Positions 9,648 to 19,557 are shown, numbered from the stretch's first letter. The stretch: DNA of 64,000 nt from an uncultured Chloroflexia bacterium (GCA_963727585.1 CAVSHH010000008.1:112411-176410); one strand, 5' to 3'. Notes: generated by a model from the letters alone, not told the origin. Numbers and translations: made by a program.

Positions 9648-10691
9648 ATGGAGTCCAGGCCCGGCAGCTTTCTCTACCTCGACCAGGACGACGTGATCCG
9701 GGCCGGTGCCCTGGACATGGGCAGGGTCATCGAGCGGGTCGAGCTTGCCCTCTCGCTGCTGGAATCCGGCGACGTCGTGGACCCCCCGAAGTCGGTCCTG
9801 CGCTGGAGCGAGGACCCCGAGATGGAGAGCATCCGGGGCCGGGTCAACTTCCTGTCGGCCTACCTCGGCGGCGATATCGACGCGGTGGGGATGAAGTGGG
9901 TGGGCAGCTTCCCGGCCAACCGGGAGCGCGGGCTTCCCCGGGCGACGGCCCTGATCATCCTCAACGATCCCATCACCGGCGTGCCCGTCGCGCTTCTCGA
10001 GGGGAGCGTCATCAGCGCCGCCCGGACGGGAGCCATGACCGGGCTCGCGGCCAAGTACCTTGCCCGTCCCGACACGTCGACCATCGGCATCATCGGGACG
10101 GGGGTCCAGGCACGGACCCAGCTGCTCGCGCTGTGCGCCGTGCTCCACGACGTGACCGACGTGAGGATCTACAACCGGACCCGGGACACGGCGGAGCGGT
10201 TCGCCGCGGAGATGGCAGGGCGGACGGGCCGGCAGATCACGATCGTCGACAGCCCGGAGCAGGCGGTCCGCGGGCTCGACCTCGCGCTGGTCGCGACCAC
10301 CGCCCACCAGCCCCTGATGCACGGGGCATGGCTGGCGCCGGGCATGTTGAGCGTCCAGTTCTCGGGCCACGAGTGCGACTTCGAGGTGATCCGGCGAGCG
10401 GACAAGATCGTGTGCGACCAATGGGAGACGGTGAAGCACCGCGGGATCACCACCCCCGCCGTGATGTACCAGCAGGGCCTGCTCGACGACTCGGCGATCC
10501 ACGCCGACCTGCAGCAGATCGTGGCCGGCAAGAGGGCCGGCAGGGAGACGCCCGACGAGCTCATCCATTTCGCGGCGATCGGGCTCGGGGTGAACGATGT
10601 CGCCGTCGCCTCGATGGTCTATGAAACGGCGAAGGCGATGGGCCTCGGCACAGAGCTCTCGCTGTGGGGGGACGCGCCGCTATGGGCCTAG
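9648..10691 (+). CDS. ornithine cyclodeaminase / mu-crystallin family protein
   Basis: ATG at 9648 after GAGGAG. It contains AARTGAMTGLAAKYLARPD and IGIIGTGVQARTQLLAL (Rossmann). The 347-aa length is typical of the family. Confidence 0.88.
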   Translation: MESRPGSFLYLDQDDVIRAGALDMGRVIERVELALSLLESGDVVDPPKSVLRWSEDPEMESIRGRVNFLSAYLGGDIDAVGMKWVGSFPANRERGLPRATALIILNDPITGVPVALLEGSVISAARTGAMTGLAAKYLARPDTSTIGIIGTGVQARTQLLALCAVLHDVTDVRIYNRTRDTAERFAAEMAGRTGRQITIVDSPEQAVRGLDLALVATTAHQPLMHGAWLAPGMLSVQFSGHECDFEVIRRADKIVCDQWETVKHRGITTPAVMYQQGLLDDSAIHADLQQIVAGKRAGRETPDELIHFAAIGLGVNDVAVASMVYETAKAMGLGTELSLWGDAPLWA

Positions 10692-11947
10692 GCATCCCCG
10701 GTCGCCCGCGCGCGGCCGGTGCGACGGGGACGGATCCGTTCGCCGGGATCGACACCGGCACGCCCGTCGTCGTGCTCACGGCGTCGCCACAGGCTCGCCG
10801 GGTCCTGCATACGGCCCTGGGTATCGAGCGCAGCCTGGGTCGTCTCGGGATCCCAGTCCACCTGGTGGACTCCAATCCCCGCGGGCCCGCCGCAGACTCG
10901 CGGTACCGCAAGCGGCGGTTCCTGTTCGACCTGTCCGGGGCGTCGCCGGAGGCCACGGTCGAGCACCTGCTCCAGCTCGGCCGAAGGCTCGGGACCCGGC
11001 CGATCCTGATCCCGACCTGGGACGATCTCGCCATCGTGATCGCCGAGGCCGAGCCGGTGCTCCGTGAGCAGTTCCTGCTGCCGGCCCAGCCGGTCGGGCT
11101 GGCACGATCGCTGTCGGGCAAGTGGGAGATGCATCGCCTGGCCGCGGAGCACGGCGTGCCGTCCCCCGGGGTCGCCTTTCCATCCAGCATCGAGGAGGTC
11201 GAGGCATTCGCCGCGGCCGCCACCTTCCCGGTCATGATCAAGGCCGTATTCGGGTATCGCCTGAACCAGCAGGCGGGACGGTCGCTGTTCATCACCCAGA
11301 CCGTTGACGAGCTCATCCGCCTGTACCGCCGGTTCGAGGATCCGAGCGATCCGAACCTGATGCTCCAGGAGTACATCCCGGGCGGTGACGAGGCGGTCTG
11401 GATGTTCAACGGCTACTTCGGCCAGGACTCCGAGTGCCTGTTCGGCCTGACCGGGCGCAAGCTCCGCCAGACGCCGGCGCACGCCGGCACCACCAGCCTC
11501 GGGGTCTGCCTGCCCAACGAGACGGTCGACGCGATGACCCGTCGTTGGATGAAGGCCATGGGCTACCGGGGGATGCTCGACCTCGGGTTCCGCTACGACG
11601 CCCGAGACGGGCAGTACAAGATCCTCGACGTCAACCCGCGCATCGGCAGCTCGTTCCGGCTGTTCGTCGGCCGGGACGGGCTGGACGTCGTGCGGTCGCT
11701 CTATCTCGACCTGACGGGGCAGCCGGTCCCGCCCGACACCATGGACGTCGGCCGGCGCTGGATGGATGAGCGGGACGTCACCTCGGCATGGACCGACCTG
11801 CGCGCCGGGGCCCTGACGACGCGCGGCTGGCTGGCATCGCTGCGCGATGTCCGGGAGACCGTCTACCTCGCCCCGGACGATCCGGCGCCGGCCGTGCGGC
11901 TCGCCTGGCAGGTCCTCGAGCGGCGGGCGCGCGCGGGCTTCCGATGA
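10682..11947 (+). CDS. ATP-grasp domain protein
   Basis: Overlaps the stop of the previous gene (ATG 10682, with an alternative GTG at 10664). It contains KWEMHRLAAEHGVPSP, FPVMIKAVFG, LMLQEYIPGGDE, MLDLGFRYDARDGQYKILDVNPR and the general ATP-grasp layout. Confidence 0.85.
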   Translation: MGLGIPGRPRAAGATGTDPFAGIDTGTPVVVLTASPQARRVLHTALGIERSLGRLGIPVHLVDSNPRGPAADSRYRKRRFLFDLSGASPEATVEHLLQLGRRLGTRPILIPTWDDLAIVIAEAEPVLREQFLLPAQPVGLARSLSGKWEMHRLAAEHGVPSPGVAFPSSIEEVEAFAAAATFPVMIKAVFGYRLNQQAGRSLFITQTVDELIRLYRRFEDPSDPNLMLQEYIPGGDEAVWMFNGYFGQDSECLFGLTGRKLRQTPAHAGTTSLGVCLPNETVDAMTRRWMKAMGYRGMLDLGFRYDARDGQYKILDVNPRIGSSFRLFVGRDGLDVVRSLYLDLTGQPVPPDTMDVGRRWMDERDVTSAWTDLRAGALTTRGWLASLRDVRETVYLAPDDPAPAVRLAWQVLERRARAGFR

Positions 11948-12612
11948 GGCTGGGACGGCGGATCGGGCTCGGGCTCAAGCGCGGGCTCGACATCGTGGGC
12001 GCGCTGGCCGGGCTCCTCCTGCTGGGACCGGTGCTGGCCTGGACCGCCGTCGCCATCGCCGCCACGATGGGGCGACCGGTCTTCTTCCGCCAGGTGCGGC
12101 CGGGCCTGCATGGCAGGCCCTACCTCATCTGGAAGTTCCGGACCATGCGCTCGCCGCGCCCCGGGGAGGTGTGGTTCGACACCGATGGCGCGCGCATCAC
12201 CCGGCTCGGTGCCCTGCTTCGCGCCACCAGCCTCGACGAGCTCCCGGAGCTGTGGAACGTGCTGCGGGGCGAGATGAGCCTGGTCGGCCCCCGGCCGTTG
12301 CTGGTCGAGTACCTCGACCACTACACCGCCGAGGAGCGACGGCGCCACGACATGCGTCCCGGGATCACGGGCTGGGCTGCCGTCAACGGACGCCATACCG
12401 CGAGGTTCGAGGATCGACTGCGGCTGGACGTCTGGTACGTGGACAACTGGAGCCTGGGGCTTGACGCCACGATCATCGCGATGACGCTGGCCCAGGTGGC
12501 TCGCCGCGAGGCCGTCGCCGTCACCCAGGACCAGGCCGACATCGACTTTCCGGAGCGCTTCCTGGTCGCGCTGCAGGATGGAGACGGAGGCCCCGAGGGA
12601 CGCCGGAGCTAA
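11944..12612 (+). CDS. small (PglC/WbaP C-domain type) phosphoglycosyl transferase, priming sugar transferase
   Basis: ATGA overlap with the ATP-grasp stop. It contains [19 protein letters not shown] (re-entrant helix), [45 protein letters not shown] and RPGITGWA. Length 222 aa. Confidence 0.92.
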   Translation: MRLGRRIGLGLKRGLDIVGALAGLLLLGPVLAWTAVAIAATMGRPVFFRQVRPGLHGRPYLIWKFRTMRSPRPGEVWFDTDGARITRLGALLRATSLDELPELWNVLRGEMSLVGPRPLLVEYLDHYTAEERRRHDMRPGITGWAAVNGRHTARFEDRLRLDVWYVDNWSLGLDATIIAMTLAQVARREAVAVTQDQADIDFPERFLVALQDGDGGPEGRRS

Positions 12613-12669
12613 GTCCTGAGTCGCCCCGCATCGGGCCGGGCCGGGCATGCCCCGCCCGGGGACAGGTCC

Positions 12670-13803
12670 TCAGGCGGTTGCCGCCTCGACGAGCGCGTCC
12701 GCCACGTATTCGACATCCTCGTCCGGCAGCCGCGACCAGAACGGCAGCGCGAGCGTCGAGGCGGCCACCCGTTCGGTGACCGGGAACTCGCCTTGCCTGA
12801 AGCCGAACCGCTCCCGGTAGAGGGGCTGCAGGTGGAGCGGCTGGAAGTACGGGCGGCCCGGGACGCCGCGCTCCGCAAGCCGCGGGATCAGGGCGTCCCG
12901 GTCGATCGACGGGTCGAGTCGCACGACATACACGAACCAGTCGACCTCCTCATCCCCGCCCGCCTGGGGCAGGCGCACCCAGTCGCGGCCACCCAGCGCC
13001 CGCTCGTAGGCGGCCACCACGCGGGCACGACCGGCCCGCAGCTCGGCCAGGCGCTCGACCTGCGCCACGCCGATCGCAGCCGAAAGCTCGTCGAGGCGGT
13101 AGTTGAACCCGAGCCGGACGTGGCGCAGCCAGGTGCCGTCCGTGTCGCGTCCCTGGTTGCGCATGCTGCGCATGACGTCGGCGAGGGACGGGTCGTCGGT
13201 GACCACCATGCCGCCCTCGCCCGTGGTGACCTGCTTGTTGGGGTAGAAGGCGAACACCGCCACGTCGCCGAAGCTGCCCAGGGGCCGCCCGCCCACGGTG
13301 GACCCGAGGCCTTCACAGGCGTCCTCCACGACGGACCAGCCGTGGTCGCGGGCGAGCCCCGCGATCTCGTCGATCCGGCACGGCCGGCCGAACACGTGGA
13401 CCGGCAGGATCGCCGTTGTCCGGTCCCCGGCGGCCGCGGCGGCCAGCGCGGGGTCGATGCCCAGGCTGTCGTCCTCGATGTCCACGAAGCGCGGCACGGC
13501 GCCCTCGTAGAGGATGCAGTTGGCCGAGGCCACGAAGCTGAACGGAGTCGTGATCACCTCGTCCCCGGCGCCGATCCCGAGCGCCCGGATCCCGAGGTGC
13601 AGGCCGGCCGTCCCGCTCGAGCAGGCGATCCCCTCGCGGCGATCGGCCAGGGCCGCGATCCCGGACTCGAACCGCGGGGCGAACGGCCCCAGGGCGAGGA
13701 TGTCGCTGTCGAGGACCTGGGCCACGAGCTCCCGCTCACGGGCGCCGATGTCGGGGCGGGCAAGCGCGACCTGGCGAGGGGGACGGGCGGGCATACCGGT
13801 CAT
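12670..13803 (-). CDS. DegT/DnrJ/EryC1/StrS-family PLP-dependent sugar aminotransferase
   Basis: Start MTGMPARPPRQVALARPDIG at 13803, with GGGGAG upstream. It contains SSGTAGLHL, ILPVHVFGRP and FAFYPNKQVTTGEGGMVVT (the PLP lysine region). Confidence 0.92.
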   Translation of the reverse strand: MTGMPARPPRQVALARPDIGARERELVAQVLDSDILALGPFAPRFESGIAALADRREGIACSSGTAGLHLGIRALGIGAGDEVITTPFSFVASANCILYEGAVPRFVDIEDDSLGIDPALAAAAAGDRTTAILPVHVFGRPCRIDEIAGLARDHGWSVVEDACEGLGSTVGGRPLGSFGDVAVFAFYPNKQVTTGEGGMVVTDDPSLADVMRSMRNQGRDTDGTWLRHVRLGFNYRLDELSAAIGVAQVERLAELRAGRARVVAAYERALGGRDWVRLPQAGGDEEVDWFVYVVRLDPSIDRDALIPRLAERGVPGRPYFQPLHLQPLYRERFGFRQGEFPVTERVAASTLALPFWSRLPDEDVEYVADALVEAATA

Positions 13804-13846
13804 GGGCTCCCCGAAGCTCGGCGATCGGAGCGATCGCAGCTGCGCC

Positions 13847-13881
13847 GTACGGTGCCGTCGGTACGGGTCCCGGCACCGTAC
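13847..13881 (-). other. intercistronic perfect hairpin between the VOC gene and the aminotransferase gene
   Basis: An 11-bp perfect inverted repeat, GTACGGTGCCG (13847-13857) / CGGCACCGTAC (13871-13881), with a 13-nt loop. It lies in the 143-nt gap of an otherwise tightly coupled operon and has no U-tract. Confidence 0.4.
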
Positions 13882-13946
13882 CACGCATGACGGAGGGGAC
13901 CGGGCGGGCGGCTGCGGGATGGCTGTCCGGCGGGCCGCCGGGAGGG

Positions 13947-14426
13947 TCAGGGCGCCTCGGCGGCGCCATCCGGCGGGGACGGGAGCGGGACCGGAAGTCG
14001 CCGCGCACGCCGCAGCGTGTCGATCAGCTCGATGCTCAGCCCGTCACCGGCGTAGACGAAGGCGATCGGCTCGTCCTCGAATGCCTCGCCCGGCTGGGGA
14101 GGCGAGATCACCCGCAGCCCGAGGGCCTCGAGCCTGGCCACCTCGGGGCCGACCGCCTCGGCGCGGAAGCACAGGTGGTGCAGGCCGCCTCCGCGTCGGA
14201 CCAGCGCCGCCACGGGCGAGGTCGGCCCGGAGGGCTCGACAAGCTTGACCGGGAGCGAGCCGTCCTTGTCCAGGAACACGACCCGCACCTGCTGGCGGGT
14301 GTTGAGCACGATCCCGGTGGCCTGGCGATACCCGAACACGACTCGCCACCGCTCGATCGCGTCGTCCAGCGACCGGACGGCGATCCCGACGTGGTCGAGG
14401 ACCAGCGGCGAGGCGGCCTCGCTCAA
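13947..14426 (-). CDS. VOC-superfamily protein, methylmalonyl-CoA-epimerase-like
   Basis: TTG start at 14426 overlapping the ACP stop (TTGA). It contains LDHVGIAVRSLDDAIERW, VKLVEP, GGGLHHLCF and LSIELID, which together follow the MCE/glyoxalase fold pattern. Length 159 aa. It sits in the C-terminal part of the long ORF 13947-15002. Confidence 0.8.
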   Translation of the reverse strand: MSEAASPLVLDHVGIAVRSLDDAIERWRVVFGYRQATGIVLNTRQQVRVVFLDKDGSLPVKLVEPSGPTSPVAALVRRGGGLHHLCFRAEAVGPEVARLEALGLRVISPPQPGEAFEDEPIAFVYAGDGLSIELIDTLRRARRLPVPLPSPPDGAAEAP

Positions 14427-14674
14427 GCTGCCGCGGACGTCTTGCGGGCGACGAACGCCGCGATGCGGGCGATCGTCTCGAGGTTCTCCGGGATCGTCTC
14501 CCGGTCCTCGATGCGAACCCCGTATTCGGCCTCGATGAACAGGATGATGTCGAGCATGCCGGTCGAGTCGACCAGGCCGCTGTCGATCAGCGACAGGTCG
14601 TCCGTGAGCTCCCCCGGATCGCTCACGTAGAAGGTCTCGAGGATGTACTCGCGCACCCGCTCCCGGACGTTCAC
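14423..14674 (-). CDS. free-standing acyl carrier protein
   Basis: 83 aa with a GTG start overlapping the asnB stop (GTGA). It has a phosphopantetheine-site-like GLVDSTGMLDIILFIE, and its size and acidic composition fit an ACP. Confidence 0.85.
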   Translation of the reverse strand: MNVRERVREYILETFYVSDPGELTDDLSLIDSGLVDSTGMLDIILFIEAEYGVRIEDRETIPENLETIARIAAFVARKTSAAA

Positions 14675-16719
14675 GGTCGCTGCCCCTGCCTGCTGTGGAA
14701 TGGCCCGCCTCCGACCGGCGGTCTGGTTTCCACGTGATCCACCACCGTCTGGAACTCCAGCGGCCCCTGCCGACCCGGCTCGCCCCGTACGAGCTCCTCG
14801 ACGAGCAGGCCCGTCGACACGACGCCGACGAGTGCCATGTTATCGGCGTTCGAGAACTGCCGGTGGCCGCCGTTCGCACGGCACTTGGCCCACAGCCGTT
14901 CGACGCCCGGCGGATCGAACACCCCGGCCGCAGCGATGGTGCGCGGGGACACCAGCTCATCAACCCAGTCGGGGCGGTCCTCGCCGGTGAACGCCAGCGC
15001 ATCGGGAGCGCGGTACGGCTGCTTCGAGCGCCGGAGGATCGCGTCGGGAACGATCCCTCGGGCCGCCAGCTTGAGGACGTGCTTCTCGCGGAGTGCCGGG
15101 AGCTTGAACGACGGCGGCAGCGAGTTCGCCAGCTCCACCAGGTCCGGATCGAGGAACGGGAACCGTCCCTCCACCGAGTTCGCCATCAGCATCCGGTCGC
15201 CCTGGCTGGAGAGCAGGTAGCCGGACAACAGCGTCCGGGTTTCGAGGTACTGGTCCTGGGCGAGCGCCGACCACCGCCCGAATTCCGCCGGCAGCCGGGC
15301 GAGCAGGCGCCCGGCGACGTCGGCCCGGGCGATCTCCCGCCGCAGGTCGGGCGTGAACAGTCGCTGGAGGGCCGCCGTGGACTGCCAGCGTGGCCGGTGC
15401 GCGAAGCCGGGGCTCGCCCACGCTTGGCGGTCGCGACCGAAGAACTCCTGCGCCCAAGCCTGCTGGGCCACCGGGCTGCGGGACAGGTACGGGTAGAGAC
15501 GGCGCAGCAGCAGCGGCCGCAGGCTCGAGTCGGGCTGGCGTCCCCAGAAGCGGCGGACCTTGCCTTCCCGGAACAGGTCGTACCCGGCGAACAGCTCGTC
15601 GGCACCCTCGCCTGTAAGCACGACCTTGATCCCGCTCTGGCGGACCAGGCGCGACAGGAGGAACAGGGGTGCCGGCGCCGTCCGCAGGAGCGGCCGCTCG
15701 GCGTGGGCGACGACAGCCGGGAAGGCGTCGGCGATCGCCCGTCGCGTCACCGTCACCTCGTGGTGGTCGCTGCCGAGTTGCTCGGCCATCAGCCGCTGGT
15801 AGGGCGTCTCGTCGTACTCGTCGTCCTCGAACCGGATCGAGTAGGTGGAGAACCGCGCGCCCTTGGCGCGCAGGCCGAGGGCCGCAACCAGCGAGCTGTC
15901 GAGGCCGCCCGAGAGGTAGCTGCCCACGGGGACATCGGCGCGCAGCATCCGCAGGCGAACCGAGGTCTCGAGCGCGGCCAGCACGGCCTCCGCCGCCTCG
16001 TCCTCGCTGCCCGTGAACGCCCGTCCGCTCTCGACGGGGTAGCGCGGCTCCCAGTAGGCGCGGTCCGTGACCCGGCCGTCCCGGACGGTGCGGACGTGGC
16101 CCGGCTCCAGCTCCGAGATGCCCTCGAACATCCCCTGCGGCGCCACGCTGGTCCAGAACGTGAACACCTCGGCGAGCCCGGCTGGATCCAGGCCGCGCGG
16201 GAGCGACGGGTCGCCCGCGAAGATCGCCTTGACCTCGCTCGCGAACCACAATCGGCCGCCGTGCTGGGCAAGGTAGAGCGGCCGGATGCCCAGCCGATCG
16301 CGGGCGAGGACCAGGGTCTGCTCGGCCGCATCCCAGATCGCGATCGCGAACTGGCCGTTGAAGCGCGCGAACGCGTCGTCCGCCCACTGCTCCCAGGCGT
16401 GGACGACGACCTCCGTGTCGCTCCGGGTCCGGAACACGTGGCCGAGGCGGACCAGCTCGTCCCGCAGCTCCGGGTAGTTGTAGATCTCGCCGTTGAACAC
16501 CACCCACGCCCGGCCACCCTCGCCGGCCAGCGGCTGCTGCCCGGTGGCCAGGTCGATGATGGACAACCGGGCATGGCCCAGGGCCGCCCGGCGATCCCGA
16601 TAGATCCCGCACTCGTCAGGCCCGCGGTGGCGGAGCGCGGCGACCATCGCCTCGACGTCGGAACGCTCCGGCGGCGGCACCGACGGCGCCAGGGCGACAG
16701 ACCCGGCAATCCCGCACAT
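14671..16719 (-). CDS. asnB: asparagine synthetase B-type glutamine-dependent amidotransferase
   Basis: 682 aa beginning MCGIAG (Cys2 Ntn nucleophile). It has the PP-loop SGGLDSS. It contains RGPDECGIY, LSIIDLATGQQP and FNGEIYNY. Confidence 0.95.
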   Translation of the reverse strand: MCGIAGSVALAPSVPPPERSDVEAMVAALRHRGPDECGIYRDRRAALGHARLSIIDLATGQQPLAGEGGRAWVVFNGEIYNYPELRDELVRLGHVFRTRSDTEVVVHAWEQWADDAFARFNGQFAIAIWDAAEQTLVLARDRLGIRPLYLAQHGGRLWFASEVKAIFAGDPSLPRGLDPAGLAEVFTFWTSVAPQGMFEGISELEPGHVRTVRDGRVTDRAYWEPRYPVESGRAFTGSEDEAAEAVLAALETSVRLRMLRADVPVGSYLSGGLDSSLVAALGLRAKGARFSTYSIRFEDDEYDETPYQRLMAEQLGSDHHEVTVTRRAIADAFPAVVAHAERPLLRTAPAPLFLLSRLVRQSGIKVVLTGEGADELFAGYDLFREGKVRRFWGRQPDSSLRPLLLRRLYPYLSRSPVAQQAWAQEFFGRDRQAWASPGFAHRPRWQSTAALQRLFTPDLRREIARADVAGRLLARLPAEFGRWSALAQDQYLETRTLLSGYLLSSQGDRMLMANSVEGRFPFLDPDLVELANSLPPSFKLPALREKHVLKLAARGIVPDAILRRSKQPYRAPDALAFTGEDRPDWVDELVSPRTIAAAGVFDPPGVERLWAKCRANGGHRQFSNADNMALVGVVSTGLLVEELVRGEPGRQGPLEFQTVVDHVETRPPVGGGPFHSRQGQRP

Positions 16720-16722
16720 GGA

Positions 16723-17688
16723 TCAGGAGGAGCGCAGCGGCTGCGGCACGGCGTGGAGGTAGCGGCTGGCGCGCCGCTTGGCCTCGATATCCCGGAACAC
16801 GCGCTCGACCTGCTCGACGCTGAGGCCGATCGCCGGAGCCGCCTCGACGGCAGGCACGCCGTGGTTGACCGCCCACAGGCAGAGGTCCATCTCGGGGTAC
16901 GGGAGGGCGAAGTAGAACTCCTCCTGGCTCTGGGCCAGCGAGTACGTGTCGGTCGTCGGCTGCCGCTGCACGATCTCGTCGGGGACACCCAGGGCTTCGG
17001 CCAGCGCGAACACCTGCGTCTTGTAGAGGTGGGCGATGGGCTTGATGTCGGCCGCACCGTCCCCCTGCTTGACGAAGAAGCCCTGATCGTATTCGAGGAG
17101 GTTGGGCGTGCCGGCCACGGCGTAGGCGAGGCGATCCGCGTGGTAATAGGCCAGCATCATCCGGGTTCGCTGCTTGAAGTTGGTGGCGGCCACGATCTGC
17201 AGGAACGCCGCCGGCGCCATCCGCATCCGCCGCTCGTTGCCGGCGGGGTCGGCGACCACCAGCTGGGCGACGTTGAGCCGGTCACCGTCGAGCAGCGGCG
17301 GCAGCACGATCTTGCAGCGCCAGCCGTTGCCGTACTCGGGCACCAGCATCCGCGCAGCCTCCGCCTGTCGCTCGTAGCAGCCCACCGCTGCCAGGGCCGG
17401 CGAGATGTCCTCGACCGCGTACCGGATCCCCAGCCGCTCCGCCAGCATCCGGCCGAGCCGGAGTGCATCGTCCGACGAGTCCCGCTCGGGGAGCAGCAGG
17501 CCGAACACCCGTTCGGGGCCGAGGGCGCGGACGGCGAGGGTGGCCACGAGTGAGCTGTCCACGCCCCCGGACATGGCCACGACGATCCCTCGTCGTCGCA
17601 GGTCGCCGAGAACGATGGACCGGATCCTGGCCTCGATCTCCTCGGCCTCGCGCGGGGCGTCGATCTGGAGGACGTCCTGTGAGAACAT
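16723..17688 (-). CDS. NAD+ synthetase-family PP-loop ATPase (NadE-like)
   Basis: Start MFSQDVLQID at 17688. It has the PP-loop VAMSGGVDSS. The later GDGAADIKPIAHLYKTQV is typical of NadE. The stop lies 3 nt before the asnB start. Confidence 0.88.
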   Translation of the reverse strand: MFSQDVLQIDAPREAEEIEARIRSIVLGDLRRRGIVVAMSGGVDSSLVATLAVRALGPERVFGLLLPERDSSDDALRLGRMLAERLGIRYAVEDISPALAAVGCYERQAEAARMLVPEYGNGWRCKIVLPPLLDGDRLNVAQLVVADPAGNERRMRMAPAAFLQIVAATNFKQRTRMMLAYYHADRLAYAVAGTPNLLEYDQGFFVKQGDGAADIKPIAHLYKTQVFALAEALGVPDEIVQRQPTTDTYSLAQSQEEFYFALPYPEMDLCLWAVNHGVPAVEAAPAIGLSVEQVERVFRDIEAKRRASRYLHAVPQPLRSS

Positions 17689-17758
17689 GCGGTGGGCTCC
17701 CCGAGCGCACGGTCCAGCGCCACCTCGCTGGCGTGGCGGAGGCCCGTGACCTTGAACC

Positions 17759-19468
17759 GTGAGTCTACGGCACCCGACCTCGGCGCTGGATGAGGCTGGA
17801 TTGGGCAACGAGCAGCGCGCACCAGGGACGAGCGCCGGGGATATCGCCCGGCTTCCCCCGACCCCGTTCCTCGCCGAGTGGCTCGCGTTCCATGCCACCC
17901 GGCGGCCCGATGCGCCGGCGTTGGTCGCGGGACCCGTCCGGCTCACCTACGGTGAGCTTGCCCACCGCGCCTGGCTGCTGGCCGGCGACATGGCCCGGTG
18001 CGGCGTCGAGCCGGGGACGCGGGTCGTCCTCGCACTGCCAAACACCCCCGCGGCGGTCGTCGCGGGGCTCGCGCTCAACCGGCTGGGGGCCACATCGGTG
18101 GAGGTCAGCCGGGCCTGGAGCGCCGAGGTGCTGGGCGCCATCCTCGCCCGTACCGGCGCGCGCCATCTCGTCGTGGCGGCCCGCGATGGCGCCACCTGGG
18201 CGCGGGCCCTGGCCGGTTCGTCGGTCGACCATGCCTGGGTCGTCCGCCGCGGCCCCCAGCGGCCCGGCGACGAAGACACCGTCGGCGGCCGGCCGTCCAC
18301 CACCGTGCTCGATGGGGGCACGATTGCCGGTGATGCCGGCGCGACACCGCCGGCCGTCCACCCCGAACCAGACTGGCCCGCGCTGATCCTGTACACCTCG
18401 GGCAGCACCGGCCGACCCCACGGGGTCGTCCAGACCTTCGCCAACGTCGACGCCAACAGCCGCTCGATCGTCGAGTACCTCGGCCTGACCCAGGGGGACC
18501 GGGCCCTGCTGACCCTTCCCCTCGCCTACTGCTACGGCCGCAGCGTCCTCCAGACACACCTGCTGGCCGGCGGCTCGGTCGTGCTCGACAACCGGATGGC
18601 GTTCCCGCGGCGGGTGATGGAGACGATGGCGGCGGAAGGCTGCACGGGGTTCGCCGGCGTACCGCTCACCTTCGAGCTCCTCCGGCGCAGCGTCGACCTG
18701 GCCTCGATCGACCGGTCCCGGCTCCGCTATGTCACCCAGGCCGGTGGAGCCATGGCCGGCGACACGATCGCGTGGGCCCGGGACGCCTTCGCGCCCGCCG
18801 AGCTGTTCGTGATGTACGGGCAGACGGAGGCGACGGCACGCCTGTCGTATCTGCCGCCCGATCGCGGCCTGGACAAGGCCGGCTCGATCGGCATCCCGAT
18901 CCCGGGCGTGGATCTGCGCGTCGTCGACGAATCCGGTGCCACGCTGCCACCCGGGGAGATCGGGCAGATCGTGGCCCGGGGCGACAACGTGACCCAGGGC
19001 TACATCGACGATCCGGACGAGACCGCGGCGATCCTCCACGACGGCTGGCTGTGGACGGGCGACCTGGGCGAGATGGACGCCGATGGCTTCCTCTACCACC
19101 GGGGACGCGTGCGCGAGATCATCAAGGTCGGCGGCCACCGGGTCAGCCCGGTGCAGATCGAGGAGGTTGTCGCCCGGCACCCCGACGTGGCGGAGGTCGG
19201 CGTGGTCGGCATGCCCGACGAGCTGATGGGCGAGGTCCCGGTCGCCGTCGTGGTGCCGCGCTCCGGGTCCGCGCTGGACGTGGCGGACGTGCTCCGTCAC
19301 TGCCGCGCCAACCTGCCTCCGCCTCTCGTGCCGGCAGCCGTCAGGCCGGCCGTCTCACTGCCCAGGAACGAGGCGGGCAAGCTCCAGCGCGCGATCCTGG
19401 CAGCGTCCCTGGAAGCCGGCCCAGATTCCCCGGACCGGCCCGGCGCGACGGCCCGATCCCGGGCGTAG
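17759..19468 (+). CDS. ANL-superfamily adenylating enzyme (acyl-CoA/acyl-ACP ligase)
   Basis: AMP-binding core LILYTSGSTGRPHGV, then YGQTEA, TGDLGEMDADGFLYHRGR and IKVGGHRVSP. It is divergent from the nadE-like operon across a 70-nt gap. The GTG start at 17759 is not certain. Confidence 0.92.
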   Translation: MSLRHPTSALDEAGLGNEQRAPGTSAGDIARLPPTPFLAEWLAFHATRRPDAPALVAGPVRLTYGELAHRAWLLAGDMARCGVEPGTRVVLALPNTPAAVVAGLALNRLGATSVEVSRAWSAEVLGAILARTGARHLVVAARDGATWARALAGSSVDHAWVVRRGPQRPGDEDTVGGRPSTTVLDGGTIAGDAGATPPAVHPEPDWPALILYTSGSTGRPHGVVQTFANVDANSRSIVEYLGLTQGDRALLTLPLAYCYGRSVLQTHLLAGGSVVLDNRMAFPRRVMETMAAEGCTGFAGVPLTFELLRRSVDLASIDRSRLRYVTQAGGAMAGDTIAWARDAFAPAELFVMYGQTEATARLSYLPPDRGLDKAGSIGIPIPGVDLRVVDESGATLPPGEIGQIVARGDNVTQGYIDDPDETAAILHDGWLWTGDLGEMDADGFLYHRGRVREIIKVGGHRVSPVQIEEVVARHPDVAEVGVVGMPDELMGEVPVAVVVPRSGSALDVADVLRHCRANLPPPLVPAAVRPAVSLPRNEAGKLQRAILAASLEAGPDSPDRPGATARSRA

Positions 19469-19557
19469 ACTGGGGCGATGCCGACGCCCATGCCGTCGGC
19501 CCGGCACACGGGTGGCGCGCCCTGGAGCCGGTTCCCGGAAAGGAGTCTGGCGCGGCT

